From: Candidatus Multivorans sp. | Lineage (GTDB): Bacteria > Acidobacteriota > Thermoanaerobaculia > Multivoradales > Multivoraceae | Length of the DNA: 64,000 nt | Reading direction: 5' to 3' | Assembly: GCA_965247095.1 (NCBI GenBank) | Contig: OZ251997.1 | Location: 2,560,001 to 2,624,000 of the forward strand | In this document: positions 21,254-32,139 of the stretch, one piece after another | Numbering within the stretch: the stretch's first letter is position 1 | Layout: the number at the start of each line of letters is the position of its first letter | The notes under the pieces: model-generated | Seen by the model: only the letters and a program-made list of their open reading frames with translations | The model's database searches: none | Told to the model about the DNA's origin: nothing | Made by a program: the position numbers and the translations under genes

Positions 21254-24200
21254 TCACGGCGCCCCACCGCCGCCGGTCGTGTCGGCGTCGGCGCCGTTGT
21301 CGAGGCGCACGAAGCGGACCGCGTCGGCGGCCACTACGTTGCCGGTCGTGTCGTCGCTCAGTTCGATTTCCACCGTTCCCTGGGCGAGATCGAAGTCTCC
21401 CAGCACCGCCCAGCCGATGCCGGCCCCCTCGGCGTCGAAGTCGATCGGTCGCGAGCTGCCGGCACTGCGCAGTTCGAGATCGTAGCTGCCCAGGTTCAGG
21501 CCGAAGCTCACGTTGACCTGGGCGCCGCTGGCGTCGTCGCGAGGCGGACCGTCGCCGCCGCCCGGGACGGGCGATAGGGAAGGTACGTGGATCTCGACCC
21601 GCCAGCGGCCGGCCGCGGGCAGTTCCGCCGCGTAGATGACACGGCGGCTTCCGTCACCCTTGGGGGCGAGCGCGGTGGTTCGGCGGTAGCGTCCCCAGCT
21701 CAACGGTTGTTCGTACCGTGACCAGGTGCTTGGAATGCCGGAGAAGAAGTTGTAGACGGGCAGCCCCTGGTCGGTCTCTCCGGCTGGCGAGAAGAACCCG
21801 GCGGGACCGCCCTGGAGCCGGATGCCGGAGGCCTCTGTTTCGTCCTTCACGACCGAGAAGCCGGGATCCAGGTCGTCGACGACGATCGTGTACGCGCCGG
21901 CGTCGAGGAAGGCCGGCAGCCAGTCCGCGGGCCGTGTGCCGCGTAGCGGTTCGGCGTCCGACATTGTCTCGTCGTCGACGCGTGGCAGCTCGACGGGGAA
22001 CTCGCGCCGGTTCAGGGACAGGTACGGTGATGCGCGCATCGTTCCGGGTGGCCGGGAGGTGACGAGGCCGAACTCGACGGTGGTATTGCCGGAGATCAGG
22101 ACCGGCTCGCTTGAATCCCAGCGCACGCCGCCCGGGCCCCGCACGGCATAGCGGAGCCGGAAGAGGCCGGGCGCCGCTTCGCCGTTGCGGACAAACAACC
22201 GGGTCTGGTACTGCGGCGTTCCCTGGTCATCGTCCGGCAGGCGCTCGAGTTCGGCGGGAGAGACGATGAAACCCGGCAGATCGGTCTGGTGCAGGAAGTC
22301 GCCCACCAGGCCGGCCAGATCCACGCCCGCCTCCTGGGCGGCGCGGTCGAGATCGGCCGCGGTGAAGGTCGCCCCCCGATGGTCGCGGAGGAGGTTGGCG
22401 ATCATGGCGGCGGCTCGCTCCCGGCCGGCGCCGTCGAGAATGGCGGTGGCCAGGGCGGAGGTCTTCAGGTAGAGCGCGTTCACGGCTCGCTTTGGATCCT
22501 CCTCGACGTCCATGTCGGTAAGGGAGCTGCCTAGCACCGCGTCCCACACGTCGGGCCGGTCCGTGATGCTCCTGACGATGCCGCTGGCCATCGAGCCGCC
22601 GCCGCTCGCGAACTGGCCCGAGAAGAGCGCGTTATCCAGGGTTTCCCAGATGAAGCCGTTCGACATCAGGCGGGCAATCGTCGAGCCGAACTCGCGGTCG
22701 AACAGATGGGCGGAGAAGTACGTCTCGCCGCCATTCACCAGCCGGTTGACGAGGTTGTGGCAGAGCGCTTCGATCGCCAGAGCCTCCGGGCCGCGGGCGC
22801 CGGTCTGGTAGAGGAACAGATTGCGGATGCCGCCCGCCTCCACGTTGCCGCCGGAGTAGTCGTTGCGGAAGAACTGCTGGAGACCGTATGCCTTGGCCCG
22901 CGCGAGACCGCCTTCCTGGTCCTCGTACCGTTGCGGGTTGCGGAACCGGAACTCGAAGCGGGAGGTCGGCAGACTGCCTTCGCTGACGAGCAGCATGCCG
23001 GGCGGCGCCCGCTCGGTGTCCATCCGCCAGCCGCCGCCGTAGGCGCGCAGCGTCCACGGGACTTCGACGAGGGTTAGTTGCCGATAGGGATACGGCATGC
23101 CCAGTTCGCGGGCAGTGGTGAAGCGCTCGGCGGCAACCGTCTCGATCTCCTCCCGGGCGTCGGCGAAGAAGTCCAGGTTCCGCAAGTGGTCGGGGTGGAA
23201 CAGGACTTCGACCTCGATGCCCTCGACTTCGGTCGTCCGGCGGTCGAATCTGCCGGCGACCAGCACGACTTCGGGCACCGGACCGGAGGGCGCGAAGCGC
23301 TGCCCGTCGCCGGTCGGCTCCGCCTTCCCCGGCCCCGCGACCGTCCAGCCGGAGGGCGTTCGCACGTTCAGGTCGAGTTCGAAGAAGTCGCGGGGACGCT
23401 GCCGCGGGTCTTCGGCGCCGACCGATGCCCCGGGGCGGGGAAGCCACGCGATAGAGGAGGGGAGGGCGACGTAGTTGCGTTCGACGAAGCCGTTCAGGTT
23501 GCCCAGAATGACGATCTGGGCGTCCTGCCACTCGACGGTGTTGAAGTCGATTGCCGAGTCGAGGTAGGCGAAGCGGAGATCGGGCCGGCCGTGGGCGCGC
23601 ACCCGAACACCGGTGGCCTGACCGGACGGCGGCGTCGACCCGAGGTCGATGTCGAGCAGACCGTTGTCATGGCTGAAGGGAAGCGCCGCGCCGCTCGCGT
23701 CCCAGACGCCGTCCACTTCGAGGCCCGGATTCAGGCTGAACGTAGCCGCGGAGCCTCCTCCGGCCAGGAACTGCACTTCGAGGTCGAGGGTCGTACGCCC
23801 GCCATGCTCGAGGTCGACCGTGCCGCGGATCGCCTGAAGATCGACCACGGGATCCTCTCGACGCTGTTCGTGGGCGGCACGCCACGCGTCCCGTTCGGCG
23901 AGCTGGTTCGTGCTCCACGTGATCGTCGCGACGATGAGCGCGGCTCCGGCCAGCAGCCCAGCGCCGCCGGCGAGGCCCCACACCTGTCGTTTCGCGTCGT
24001 CTAGACGAGGATGAACGGCTACGGCAGTCGCCAGCAGACCCGCAGCGAGCAGGGCGAAGCTGCCCCGGTTCATCAGAGTGATAGCGGTCCAGATCTGGGG
24101 CGCCACGTCCGAGATGCGGCTGACGAAGCCGCCGTTGAGAGCCACCGACGGCAGGATGTGGACCGGCACCCGGAAGCTCAGGAACGTGCTTCCGGCCGCC

Positions 24201-24784
24201 AGGCCGATTCCCGCCAGGGCGGCGATCAGACGGTTGTTGGTGACCAGGGAGACGACCTGGACGAAGGCGATGTAGACGGCGAGGGCGGGCAGCGCCTCGA
24301 GCAGGAGGTAGGCCCACACGGAACCCCAGACCGCCGGTTCGCCGAAGTACCAGCCGAAGGTGATCCCCGCGTGTCCGATCGACTGGATGATGACCATGGC
24401 GACGATCGCAACGCCCCAGACCATGAACAGGGCGCCGAGGAAGCGTCCCAGCACGAGTTCGGCGTTCGAGTAGGGACGGCTGTCGAGCACTTCGATCACG
24501 CGGTCGCGGCGGTCGCGGGCGCGCAGGTCGAAGGCGAGGAAGACGACGCCCAGGCCGAGGATCATCGTCTGCCACAGGGCCGTTTGGCTGAGGAGGAACT
24601 TGGGGCTCATTGCGCCCAGGGTTGCCGACAAGCCGGAGAACAGGCCGTGGATGACCCAGAAGTAGCCGTACTGCAACAGGCACAGGACGAGGGCCACGGG
24701 GGCGAACAGCCAGAAGCGGAACAACCTGCGGATCGTCCGCATCTCGGCCCGGGCGAGCGACCAGACGTTGGAAAGTGAGATCAC
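21254..24784 (-). CDS. ABC-2 permease fused to an M1-aminopeptidase-like ectodomain and a C-terminal golvesin/xanthan-lyase-CBD-like module
   Basis: N-terminal multi-TM region with [17 protein letters not shown]...LVLGR; [13 protein letters not shown]; C-terminal [10 protein letters not shown]...ADAVRFVR; no HExxH seen. Confidence 0.7.
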   Translation of the reverse strand: MISLSNVWSLARAEMRTIRRLFRFWLFAPVALVLCLLQYGYFWVIHGLFSGLSATLGAMSPKFLLSQTALWQTMILGLGVVFLAFDLRARDRRDRVIEVLDSRPYSNAELVLGRFLGALFMVWGVAIVAMVIIQSIGHAGITFGWYFGEPAVWGSVWAYLLLEALPALAVYIAFVQVVSLVTNNRLIAALAGIGLAAGSTFLSFRVPVHILPSVALNGGFVSRISDVAPQIWTAITLMNRGSFALLAAGLLATAVAVHPRLDDAKRQVWGLAGGAGLLAGAALIVATITWSTNQLAERDAWRAAHEQRREDPVVDLQAIRGTVDLEHGGRTTLDLEVQFLAGGGSAATFSLNPGLEVDGVWDASGAALPFSHDNGLLDIDLGSTPPSGQATGVRVRAHGRPDLRFAYLDSAIDFNTVEWQDAQIVILGNLNGFVERNYVALPSSIAWLPRPGASVGAEDPRQRPRDFFELDLNVRTPSGWTVAGPGKAEPTGDGQRFAPSGPVPEVVLVAGRFDRRTTEVEGIEVEVLFHPDHLRNLDFFADAREEIETVAAERFTTARELGMPYPYRQLTLVEVPWTLRAYGGGWRMDTERAPPGMLLVSEGSLPTSRFEFRFRNPQRYEDQEGGLARAKAYGLQQFFRNDYSGGNVEAGGIRNLFLYQTGARGPEALAIEALCHNLVNRLVNGGETYFSAHLFDREFGSTIARLMSNGFIWETLDNALFSGQFASGGGSMASGIVRSITDRPDVWDAVLGSSLTDMDVEEDPKRAVNALYLKTSALATAILDGAGRERAAAMIANLLRDHRGATFTAADLDRAAQEAGVDLAGLVGDFLHQTDLPGFIVSPAELERLPDDDQGTPQYQTRLFVRNGEAAPGLFRLRYAVRGPGGVRWDSSEPVLISGNTTVEFGLVTSRPPGTMRASPYLSLNRREFPVELPRVDDETMSDAEPLRGTRPADWLPAFLDAGAYTIVVDDLDPGFSVVKDETEASGIRLQGGPAGFFSPAGETDQGLPVYNFFSGIPSTWSRYEQPLSWGRYRRTTALAPKGDGSRRVIYAAELPAAGRWRVEIHVPSLSPVPGGGDGPPRDDASGAQVNVSFGLNLGSYDLELRSAGSSRPIDFDAEGAGIGWAVLGDFDLAQGTVEIELSDDTTGNVVAADAVRFVRLDNGADADTTGGGGAP

Positions 24785-25125
24785 GGGTGAGCCTCCTCTC
24801 CTGCACCCTCCGCGCCCAGGGCCGCGCCAGCGACCTCGGCCTCGTCGTGCTGCCCGAAGTGCTCGTCGCTCACGAAGGCCTCGGCGCGGCCGCGCGCGAC
24901 CATGAAGGCGAGGTAGCCCTCCTCCAGTGTCGGCGAGGCGGTCACGGTGCCGGCGGACGGCTTGAGCAGGGTGCAGACGATCCGCATCAGCGTGCTCTTG
25001 CCGGCCCCGTTGGGGCCCAACAGACCGAACAGACCGGCCCCGATTTCCAGATCGACGCCGTCCAGGGCCACCGTGCCGCCCTTGTAGACGTGGCGCAGGC
25101 CGCGTGCGGCCACTGTCGTGCTCAA
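24781..25125 (-). pseudogene. ABC transporter ATP-binding protein with a large in-frame internal deletion
   Basis: Walker A (GPNGAGKST) joined almost directly to the C-terminal PTLEEGYL; no signature motif, Walker B or H-loop; only 114 aa. Confidence 0.8.
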
Positions 25126-25502
25126 CTTGCGTCCTCCCCGAAACCTCTATAGGGATGCGAGCCGCCCTTCGTTACGGTTCAACACCGCAAAGCGCCCGCG
25201 GCATTCCGCGCGACGCCCTGCGGGCAGCGAGGGTTGGAGTCGGTCTTGCCTGGGGCCCGGGCGAAGCCCACAGCACCGGCGCGCGTAGAAGTCGGTGTAG
25301 TGCGCCGGCGTCCGGCACGGCTGCGCCGTCGACAACTTCTCTGGACGGTTCGGTCCTGAACGCCCCCGCGGTCGATCCGGGACGCGGCGGTCGCTCAGGA
25401 CCTCGCGAAGAGGTGTAGTCGGTCGATCTCGGACGGGTCAGCGTCGAAACCCTCCCTGCCGACCTGGAGGGAATCGGAACCTGGTTCGGGCCTCGGAGGG
25501 GA

Positions 25503-25517
25503 CTCCCTCTCCGCCAG
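25503..25517 (+). repeat. attR-like duplication of the tRNA-Ser 3' end
   Basis: CTCCCTCTCCGCCAG is identical to 20967-20981. Confidence 0.7.
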
Positions 25518-25682
25518 CCAGTAATCCGCAAGTGTGTGAAGCGTCGCGACTTGTGACGAGCTAGCTCGGTCGAATCCCTCGCTGGTTCCCACACTCTGTC
25601 TGGGAACGGGCAACGCTGGCCGGTCGGTCCCGTGTCGGGAACTTGGGATCGTTGGCAACCGTATAGAGGTCGAGAGCTGCTT

Positions 25683-26791
25683 ATGGTCATGCCATCGCTG
25701 TCGGTCTTCAGCATTGTCGGCTTCGGCACCCTGCTGGCTGCATGCGGAGGGCCGGATCCACCCTCTTCTGTCACTTCCGCGGTCCTTCGGGACACGGCCT
25801 TCGTGGGTGTGAACGTCTTGTCCATGGCGGAAGACGAAGTTGCAGCAGTTCCCGATCAGACGGTACTGGTGTCCGGCGGTGTAATCGCCCGCGTCGGGAA
25901 CCGGGACCAAGTCAGCGTGCCCGAGACCTTCACCGTAGTCGAAGGAGCAGGTAAGTACTTCATGCCCGGTCTCGCCGACATGCACGTGCATCTCGAGTAC
26001 TTCGATGATCCGCGGGTGCTCGATCTGTTCCTGGCGAATGGAGTCACGACCGTTCGGAACATGGACGGCCGCCCCTACATCCTCGAGTAGCGGGACCGAA
26101 TCGCGCGCCGTGAGTGGCCCGGGCCTAGGATCCACACCGCCGGCCCGATTCTGGACGGCGACCCGCCCCTCCGCGGCGACAATCTGGCCATAGAGTCTGC
26201 CGGCGAGGCGCGCCGAGCAGTACGCGACCAGAAAGCGGCAGGTTACGGCAAGCCGACAGGGCCATTGCGCCGAGCGCAACGATCGACGCGTGGCTTGCAG
26301 AGCCTGAGTTTGCCTATATCGCTGCTAGACGCCGCCGTATCTGGCAGTCGTTGGTAGCGCGTTCACTTGAGCGGATGGATGGTGAAGACTGGGCGCTCGT
26401 CGAGGCGGGTCGCTCGAACCGTTTAGGGCTCGTGAACTCGCTCCACGACGCGGGGGCGGCGCTGCTCCTCGGCACCGACACGCCGAATCCGTTCGTGGTG
26501 CCCGGCTTTTCGGTACACGACGAGTTGGCGAACCTCGAGGCGGCGGGGATCGACCGTGGGCGGATCCTGGCGCTGGCTACTCGAGAGGCTGCGGTCTTTC
26601 TGGAAACCGACAGCGAAGTCGGCACGGTCGAGGTCGGCAAGGTTGCGGATCTGATTCTCCTCGACGACCGTCCGCTCGAGTCTCTTGATGTCCTCCGAAG
26701 GCCCGCGGGCGTGATGGTTGGCGGTGCCTGGCTGCCGTCGGAGACACTCGCCGATGCGTTGGACGCGATCCGATCGCGTGGTGGACTGTAG
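25683..26791 (+). pseudogene. Amidohydrolase family pseudogene
   Basis: MPGLADMHVH and ANGVTTVRNM, TAG at 26088 with the frame continuing GPRIHTAGP, missing middle, then C-terminal GTDT...GTVEVGKVADLILL. Confidence 0.8.
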
Positions 26792-26834
26792 GGCGGGGAT
26801 CGCGGCGCCGTATGAGTGTCGCCGCCTAGCCCGC

Positions 26835-27416
26835 CTACTCCCCCCGCTGCAGCACCGGATAGAACTGCGTGAACACATTGTCCGTCGTAGCATGCTCGGC
26901 ATGGCAGTCGTAGCACCGTTCCTTCGGGAACGCTGACGCCGACTCCCTCAACCCTCCGGACCGGTCGCGGAAGCTGAGGTAGGCCCAACCCTCCGGGTAC
27001 CGCTCGCGGTCCTTCACCGCTACTTCCATCCCGGCGAAGTCCTTCTCGAAGTACCCCGCCTGGTTGATCGACTCGCGGGAGCCGGGCCGGAACACGTCCA
27101 TGGGGAGCATGGTCTTCTCGGGGAACTCGCCGGTCTCCATGAAGTAGCGGTACGCCTGCGGCTGGATGTAGACGTTGGTGAAGGCGCCCGGACCTTCGCG
27201 CTCGCCGGCGCCCTCGTTGTAGCTCAGACCCAGCGACGCTCCGACGAACACCCAGGTGCGGTAGCCCTCCGGGCGGATCAGGTCGCCGTCCGCGGTGTAG
27301 GCCGGCTCGACCATGTCGTCGAGCGACGGCAAGGCGTCCGCCGCCGTCAACTGCACGGCCGCGGTGAGTGCGGCGATCAGCGCGATGATGGCTGTTCCGA
27401 TGATGATTTTTCGCAC
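26835..27416 (-). CDS. Cytochrome P460 family protein
   Basis: Signal peptide, LIRPEGYRTWVFVG, VAVKD, GWAYLSF, C-terminal CYDCH, VFTQFYP. Confidence 0.8.
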   Translation of the reverse strand: MRKIIIGTAIIALIAALTAAVQLTAADALPSLDDMVEPAYTADGDLIRPEGYRTWVFVGASLGLSYNEGAGEREGPGAFTNVYIQPQAYRYFMETGEFPEKTMLPMDVFRPGSRESINQAGYFEKDFAGMEVAVKDRERYPEGWAYLSFRDRSGGLRESASAFPKERCYDCHAEHATTDNVFTQFYPVLQRGE

Positions 27417-27557
27417 AGGTGAGCCTCCAGGGTTTTGGCGTGCCGGCATTCTAGACTTGGCTTCCAGATAACGAGAGGAGGCGGACGTGATCCGGAACGG
27501 AAGAAACACCGCGGCTTGCAGCTACTGCGCTCTCGCGGGCGTGCTACGCGCGCCAAT

Positions 27558-27580
27558 GGTATATTCCAACGCTGTATACC
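27558..27580. promoter_or_regulatory. Inverted-repeat operator upstream of vapBC
   Basis: GGTATA-N11-TATACC just upstream of the AGGAGG RBS of vapB. Confidence 0.5.
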
Positions 27581-27596
27581 TTCCCAGGAGGTGCGC

Positions 27597-27845
27597 ATGT
27601 CCAAGACTGCCAAGCTGTTCTGGTCCGGCCGCTCACAGGCGGTACGGCTGCCGAAGGAGTTCCGGATGGAGGGCGGCGAGGTCTTCATCCGCAAGCGCGG
27701 AACAACCGTCATCCTGGAACCCATCGCGTCGGACTGGGCGTGGCTCGACGAGATCGCGGGGAAGTTCTCGGACGACTTCTTCGCCGAAGGGAGATGCCAG
27801 CCTGAGATGCCGTCCCGGCCGGCGTTGGACGACATCTTCGACTGA
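27597..27845 (+). CDS. vapB: VapB antitoxin (AbrB/SpoVT type)
   Basis: AKLFWSGRSQAVRLPKEFR; AGGAGG RBS; TGATG coupling to vapC. Confidence 0.92.
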   Translation: MSKTAKLFWSGRSQAVRLPKEFRMEGGEVFIRKRGTTVILEPIASDWAWLDEIAGKFSDDFFAEGRCQPEMPSRPALDDIFD

Positions 27846-28252
27846 TGCGTTTCCTGCTGGACACGAACATCTGCATCGCCTTGCTCAACGGCACGTCGCC
27901 AGCGGCCCGCGAACGGCTGGGTCGCTACGGTCCTGGGGAGGTCGGTGTACCCGCGCCGGCTGTGTACGAGTTGTACTACGGGGCCTTCAAGAGTCGCCGA
28001 GCCTGGCAGAACCTGGCTTTGCTCGACAGCGCCGGCTTCGAGGTTCTGCCCTTCGATGTGGAGGATGCCCGAGTTGCAGGGAAGGTGCGAAGCGACCTGG
28101 AGGCAGGCGGGCAGACCATTGGCCCGTACGACCTGTTGATAGCGGGCCAGGCGCTGGCGCGCGGACTTGTACTCGTGACCGCAAACCGGCGCGAGTTCGA
28201 CCGTGTCGGGGGTCTGACCTGCGAGGACTGGACCAAACCCGACCAGAACTGA
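27845..28252 (+). CDS. vapC: VapC PIN-domain ribonuclease toxin
   Basis: FLLDTNICI, ELYYGA, IGPYDLLIAGQAL, LVTANRREF. Confidence 0.93.
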   Translation: MRFLLDTNICIALLNGTSPAARERLGRYGPGEVGVPAPAVYELYYGAFKSRRAWQNLALLDSAGFEVLPFDVEDARVAGKVRSDLEAGGQTIGPYDLLIAGQALARGLVLVTANRREFDRVGGLTCEDWTKPDQN

Positions 28253-28373
28253 TCGAGGAAAACCTGAAGGACAGGGCGCCCCGCCGCTGAGCTCGCGGCA
28301 CAAAGCAAAGCGCCGGCACTCCGGCGGACAATCGCGGTCGTTCGCGCTAAGCTGCCCGGCTTGCCACTTCCGC

Positions 28374-28447
28374 TGGGAGGTCGTCCAACGGTAGGACATA
28401 CGGCTCTGGACCGTAGAATCGGGGTTCGAATCCCTGCCTCCCAGCCA
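28374..28447 (+). tRNA. tRNA-Gln(CTG)
   Basis: TGGGAGG...CCTCCCA + GCCA; anticodon stem TACGG/CCGTA with loop CTCTGGA; GGTTCGAATCC T-arm. Confidence 0.95.
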
Positions 28448-28489
28448 CTCGGAGAACCTCCCGGACAGCGGGACCCGCGGTCGCCCCGT

Positions 28490-28600
28490 CCCCGAGCGCC
28501 GCGCGCCACTGGACCGAGTTGGCAGCGAAGGCGACCATCGCCGCCGTCGTCAGGAGGCTGACGTATCTGACCCGCGCCACGGCGTCAGACGTGGCCACCA
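28490..28600 (-). pseudogene. N-terminal fragment of a DMT/EamA transporter
   Basis: LLTTAAMVAFAANSV..RAALG resembles the first TM helix of DMT proteins; similarity is then lost before the tRNA. Boundaries approximate. Confidence 0.5.
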
Positions 28601-29080
28601 TCGACGCACGCGCAGGCAATAGGTCTCGTACGACCCTCCGAATCTTCGACGGAGTTGCGGCTCCTCATAGAACTGCACGAACAGGTGGAACGCGACCAGC
28701 AACACCCCTGCGTACGCGAACAGCCAGGCCTGGCCAAAGAGCAGCGCCTGCCCTGAAACGATGATCAGCACGCTGACGTACATCGGGTTTCGCACGAACC
28801 GATAGAGGCCGGACGCCACCAGCACTTCGGTCTGCTCCACCGGTGCCGGTGTGCCACGCCCCTCAAGGACGAAGCGGGCGAAGCAGTCCAGCAGGCAGGC
28901 CAGACCCGCCGCGGCCGCCACGACACCCACTACCCGCTCGCCGGGTAGCCCGAGCAGCGGTGGCTGCATCGTCCAACCGACCAGTACGAACGGGCCGACG
29001 CCGGCGACGACAGCGGGAGCGGCCAAGAAGAAGGCGAACGACCCTACGATCGCACGCGGACGTGTGCCCTTCTCAAACAC
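28550..29080 (-). CDS. Isoprenylcysteine carboxylmethyltransferase / PEMT family membrane protein
   Basis: GRGTPAP, LVASGLYRFVRNPMY, YEEPQLRRRFG..Y..Y...VRRW. Confidence 0.85.
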   Translation of the reverse strand: MFEKGTRPRAIVGSFAFFLAAPAVVAGVGPFVLVGWTMQPPLLGLPGERVVGVVAAAAGLACLLDCFARFVLEGRGTPAPVEQTEVLVASGLYRFVRNPMYVSVLIIVSGQALLFGQAWLFAYAGVLLVAFHLFVQFYEEPQLRRRFGGSYETYCLRVRRWWPRLTPWRGSDTSAS

Positions 29081-29081
29081 G

Positions 29082-30851
29082 TCAAGGCAGCGCGAACACG
29101 AACAGGTTGTTGCCCGAGCTGGGGCGCAGCTCTGGCGTGAGCCCGGCCGAGAGGGCTGCCGACGTGCTCCCCGTGCTCGCGACGACGTACTGACGTCCGT
29201 CGACCCCGAAGGTGATGGGGAAGCCGGTGACCGGTGAGCCGAGGTTGATCTCCCAAAGACTTTCGCCGGTTTCCTGGTCCAGGGCACGGAACCGACCGTT
29301 CCCGTCGCCGACGAAGACCAGGCCGCCGCCGGTCACAAACAGCGACATCAGCCCCGCCCGCTGCTCGTACGTCCACAGCGACTTACCGGTCTCGGCTGAC
29401 ACGGCGTGGATGCTTCCGCTCAGGTCGGTGCCCGGCGCGATCTGGTGCTCGGCATCCAGGGCGTAGATCGCAAGCCGGCCCGCGCGTGTTGCCGTCATCA
29501 GGGCGCACGAGTTGCGCATGGGCACGTACATCGCGTTCGTCAGCGGGCTGTAGGCGCCCGCCTGCCAGTCCTTGCCGCCGATGTACGTGGGGCAGACGTA
29601 CGCCTCCTGGCCCAGCTCCCGGAAGACCACTTCGGTGTTCTCGGTGACCTTGCCGTCGCCGTCGATCGTGCTGATGACGTTCTGTCTGATCGTCGGCCTC
29701 GCCCACAGGAACTCGCCGGTCTCGCGGTCGAGGGTGTACACGATTCCCGTCTTGCCGGGAACCCCGGTAATCACCTTGCGAACCTCTCCCGGCTGCAGGC
29801 GTGGATTGATCCAGTCGACCGCGTCGGCGTCGGGCGCCACCGCGGTATCGACCAGGAGGCGCTCGAAGGGGTGGTCGAGGTCCCAGTGGTCATTGAGGTG
29901 CTGGTAGTGCCAGGCGATCTCGCCCGTTTGCGCGTTCAGCGCGAGCGTGGAGTTGTGGTACAGGTGCCTGAGATCCCTGCCCCCGAGCAGGAACTTGGGC
30001 GCCGGTGACGTCACCGAGGTGCCGATGTAGATGAGCTCCAGCGCCGGGTCGTAGCTCGGCACCATCCAGGTGCCGACGTGCGTGCGATCCTCGAACGGGA
30101 TGTCGCCCCAGGTTTCGTTGCCCGGCTCTCCGGGCGCCGGAATCGTGCGACGCCGCCAGAGTTCGGCCCCGGTCTTGGCGTCGTGGGCGACGATGACGCA
30201 GGCGTCGGGACCGCCGCGGGGCAAACAACTGCGGCCCGAGATCACCTTGCCGTCAGCGATGATCGGCCCCGAGCTCTGCATCGCCGGCTGCGTCTTGTAG
30301 TCGAGGATCATCGTCTCCCAGACCAGCTCGCCCGTTGCCGCATCGAGGGCGAAGGCGAACTCGTCGACGCTCGTGTCGATGATCAGACCGTCGTAGATCG
30401 CGATGTTGCGGTTGTTGGCCGCGAGAGATCCGACTTGCCGGAGGATGTTGTCCGGTAGATCGCGCCGGTACTCCCAGATGAGGACTCCTGTTGTGGCGTC
30501 GATGGCCTGGATGACGTCCATGGGGTTCGGCATGTACATCACGCCGTCGTAGACGAGCGGCGTCCCCTGCTGGCGGCCTTCGCTCATGCCACGGGACCAG
30601 ACCAGCCGCAGGTCCTTGACGTTCTCGCGCGTGATCTGGTCGAGCGGGCTGTAGCCCCACCCGTCGAGCGTCCGGCGCCACATCAACCAGTCGTCGTCGC
30701 TCGGGTCCTGGAGCATGGCGTCCGTGACCGGAACGAAGTCGCCGCGCACGGGCGTGCTTGCCGGCTGTGCCTCGGCGACCGGGGTCCACGGGACCACCGT
30801 CAGAAGGGCGGCGAGAAGTGCCGCCTGAAGCAAGAGACTGCGCTGGCCCAT
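29082..30851 (-). CDS. PQQ-binding beta-propeller protein (PQQ-dependent dehydrogenase-like)
   Basis: Signal peptide, GYSPLDQI, TPLVYDGVMY, repeated ALDAxTGxxxW blades, DHWDLD, GRQYV. Confidence 0.85.
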   Translation of the reverse strand: MGQRSLLLQAALLAALLTVVPWTPVAEAQPASTPVRGDFVPVTDAMLQDPSDDDWLMWRRTLDGWGYSPLDQITRENVKDLRLVWSRGMSEGRQQGTPLVYDGVMYMPNPMDVIQAIDATTGVLIWEYRRDLPDNILRQVGSLAANNRNIAIYDGLIIDTSVDEFAFALDAATGELVWETMILDYKTQPAMQSSGPIIADGKVISGRSCLPRGGPDACVIVAHDAKTGAELWRRRTIPAPGEPGNETWGDIPFEDRTHVGTWMVPSYDPALELIYIGTSVTSPAPKFLLGGRDLRHLYHNSTLALNAQTGEIAWHYQHLNDHWDLDHPFERLLVDTAVAPDADAVDWINPRLQPGEVRKVITGVPGKTGIVYTLDRETGEFLWARPTIRQNVISTIDGDGKVTENTEVVFRELGQEAYVCPTYIGGKDWQAGAYSPLTNAMYVPMRNSCALMTATRAGRLAIYALDAEHQIAPGTDLSGSIHAVSAETGKSLWTYEQRAGLMSLFVTGGGLVFVGDGNGRFRALDQETGESLWEINLGSPVTGFPITFGVDGRQYVVASTGSTSAALSAGLTPELRPSSGNNLFVFALP

Positions 30852-30904
30852 CTACGCGGCCGGATGTTAGCCGAGGACTTCGGCCCCCACGGCAGGATTC
30901 GACC

Positions 30905-32047
30905 TCAGCGCGACGACGAGAGCCGGACTTCCGCCTCGGCCTCCTCATCGCCGCGGAGCAGGCTCACAGTCACCGAGTCGCCCGGCTGCCGGCGCTCGAG
31001 CAGCGCCCGCACGTCGCTGGCCGACTGGACCGGTTCGCCGTCGATCGCGGTGATCACGTCGCCCAGTACGACGCCTCGGCGGGTGCGGCGGCTGCCGCGC
31101 AGGCCGGCGCTGTCGGCGCCCGAATTGCGCACCACTTCCAGGACCAGCACCCCATCCAGTTGCGGCCGCACCTGAGCGCCGGTTACGAGCGTGACACCGA
31201 GCTGCGGGCGGTTGACTCGCCCGTGAGCGATCAGCTTCGGCACCACCCAGTTCACGGTGTCCACCGGAATCGCGAAGCCGATGCCGGCCCAGGCGCCGCC
31301 GGCAGAGACAATCTGGGTGTTCACGCCGATCAAACGTCCACTCGAGTCGAGGAGGGGACCGCCGGAGTTGCCGGGGTTGATCGCTGCATCCGTCTGAATG
31401 ACCCCCTGGATCTCGCGCCCCATGATCGATTGCACTTCGCGGTCCAGGGCGCTGATCACACCGGTCGTCAGGGTGTAGTCGAGACCGAAGGGATTGCCGA
31501 TGGCAAGGACCGATTGGCCCACCAGGAGGTCGCTCGATGTGCCAAGGGGAATCGGTCGCAGCGTCTCGGCGGGCGCGTCGATCCGCAGCACCGCCAGATC
31601 CATCTCCGGATCGCTGCCGACGAAGGTCGCCGGCCAGGTGGTCTGGTCGGACAGCGTGACCTGGGCGCCGTCTGCGTTCTGGATCACGTGGTAGTTCGTG
31701 ACCACATGGCCTTGGGTGTCCCACAGGAAGCCGCTGCCGGTGCCGTCCTGAATGCGATCGAAGCGGCGTCCGAAGTAGTCGACGCGCCGTTCCCGTGTCG
31801 CGGTTGTGATGTAGACCACCGAAGGCGAGGCCTTGCGGAAGAGGTTGACCGTGGTCCGTTCCTCCGGCAGCAGGCCGGCACTCTGCGCTACCGCCCGAGG
31901 TTCGCCCCTGCTGTCCGCCTGCAGGACGCTGCCCTGCCACCTCGAGCCGAAGACGAAGGCGAGAACGGCGAGGACGACCAATCCGGTCGCGGCGGCAAAC
32001 CGCGGCCGCGGCCGTTTGTTTGGTCCGGGTGAGGCTCCGTAGGGCAT
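30905..32047 (-). CDS. HtrA/DegP-like serine protease with PDZ domain
   Basis: GSGF, TNYHV, IQTDAAINPGNSGGPL, C-terminal PDZ (GDVITAIDG). Confidence 0.92.
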   Translation of the reverse strand: MPYGASPGPNKRPRPRFAAATGLVVLAVLAFVFGSRWQGSVLQADSRGEPRAVAQSAGLLPEERTTVNLFRKASPSVVYITTATRERRVDYFGRRFDRIQDGTGSGFLWDTQGHVVTNYHVIQNADGAQVTLSDQTTWPATFVGSDPEMDLAVLRIDAPAETLRPIPLGTSSDLLVGQSVLAIGNPFGLDYTLTTGVISALDREVQSIMGREIQGVIQTDAAINPGNSGGPLLDSSGRLIGVNTQIVSAGGAWAGIGFAIPVDTVNWVVPKLIAHGRVNRPQLGVTLVTGAQVRPQLDGVLVLEVVRNSGADSAGLRGSRRTRRGVVLGDVITAIDGEPVQSASDVRALLERRQPGDSVTVSLLRGDEEAEAEVRLSSSR

Positions 32048-32139
32048 TGACTGAAACTAACAGGGTCTGAGCCGGAGTTTCTTCCAATCAGGTGCACCGC
32101 GCCACGCGGGCGCCTCGCCCACAGGGCTACACTCGACGC

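Noticed and set aside
26088-26090. In-frame TAG as pyrrolysine or readthrough
   Set aside because: The gene also lacks its middle and changes frame, so a nonsense mutation (probably TGG to TAG) is simpler.
28374-28447. Genomic island integrated at tRNA-Gln
   Set aside because: I found no duplicate of its 3' end and no integrase in the window.
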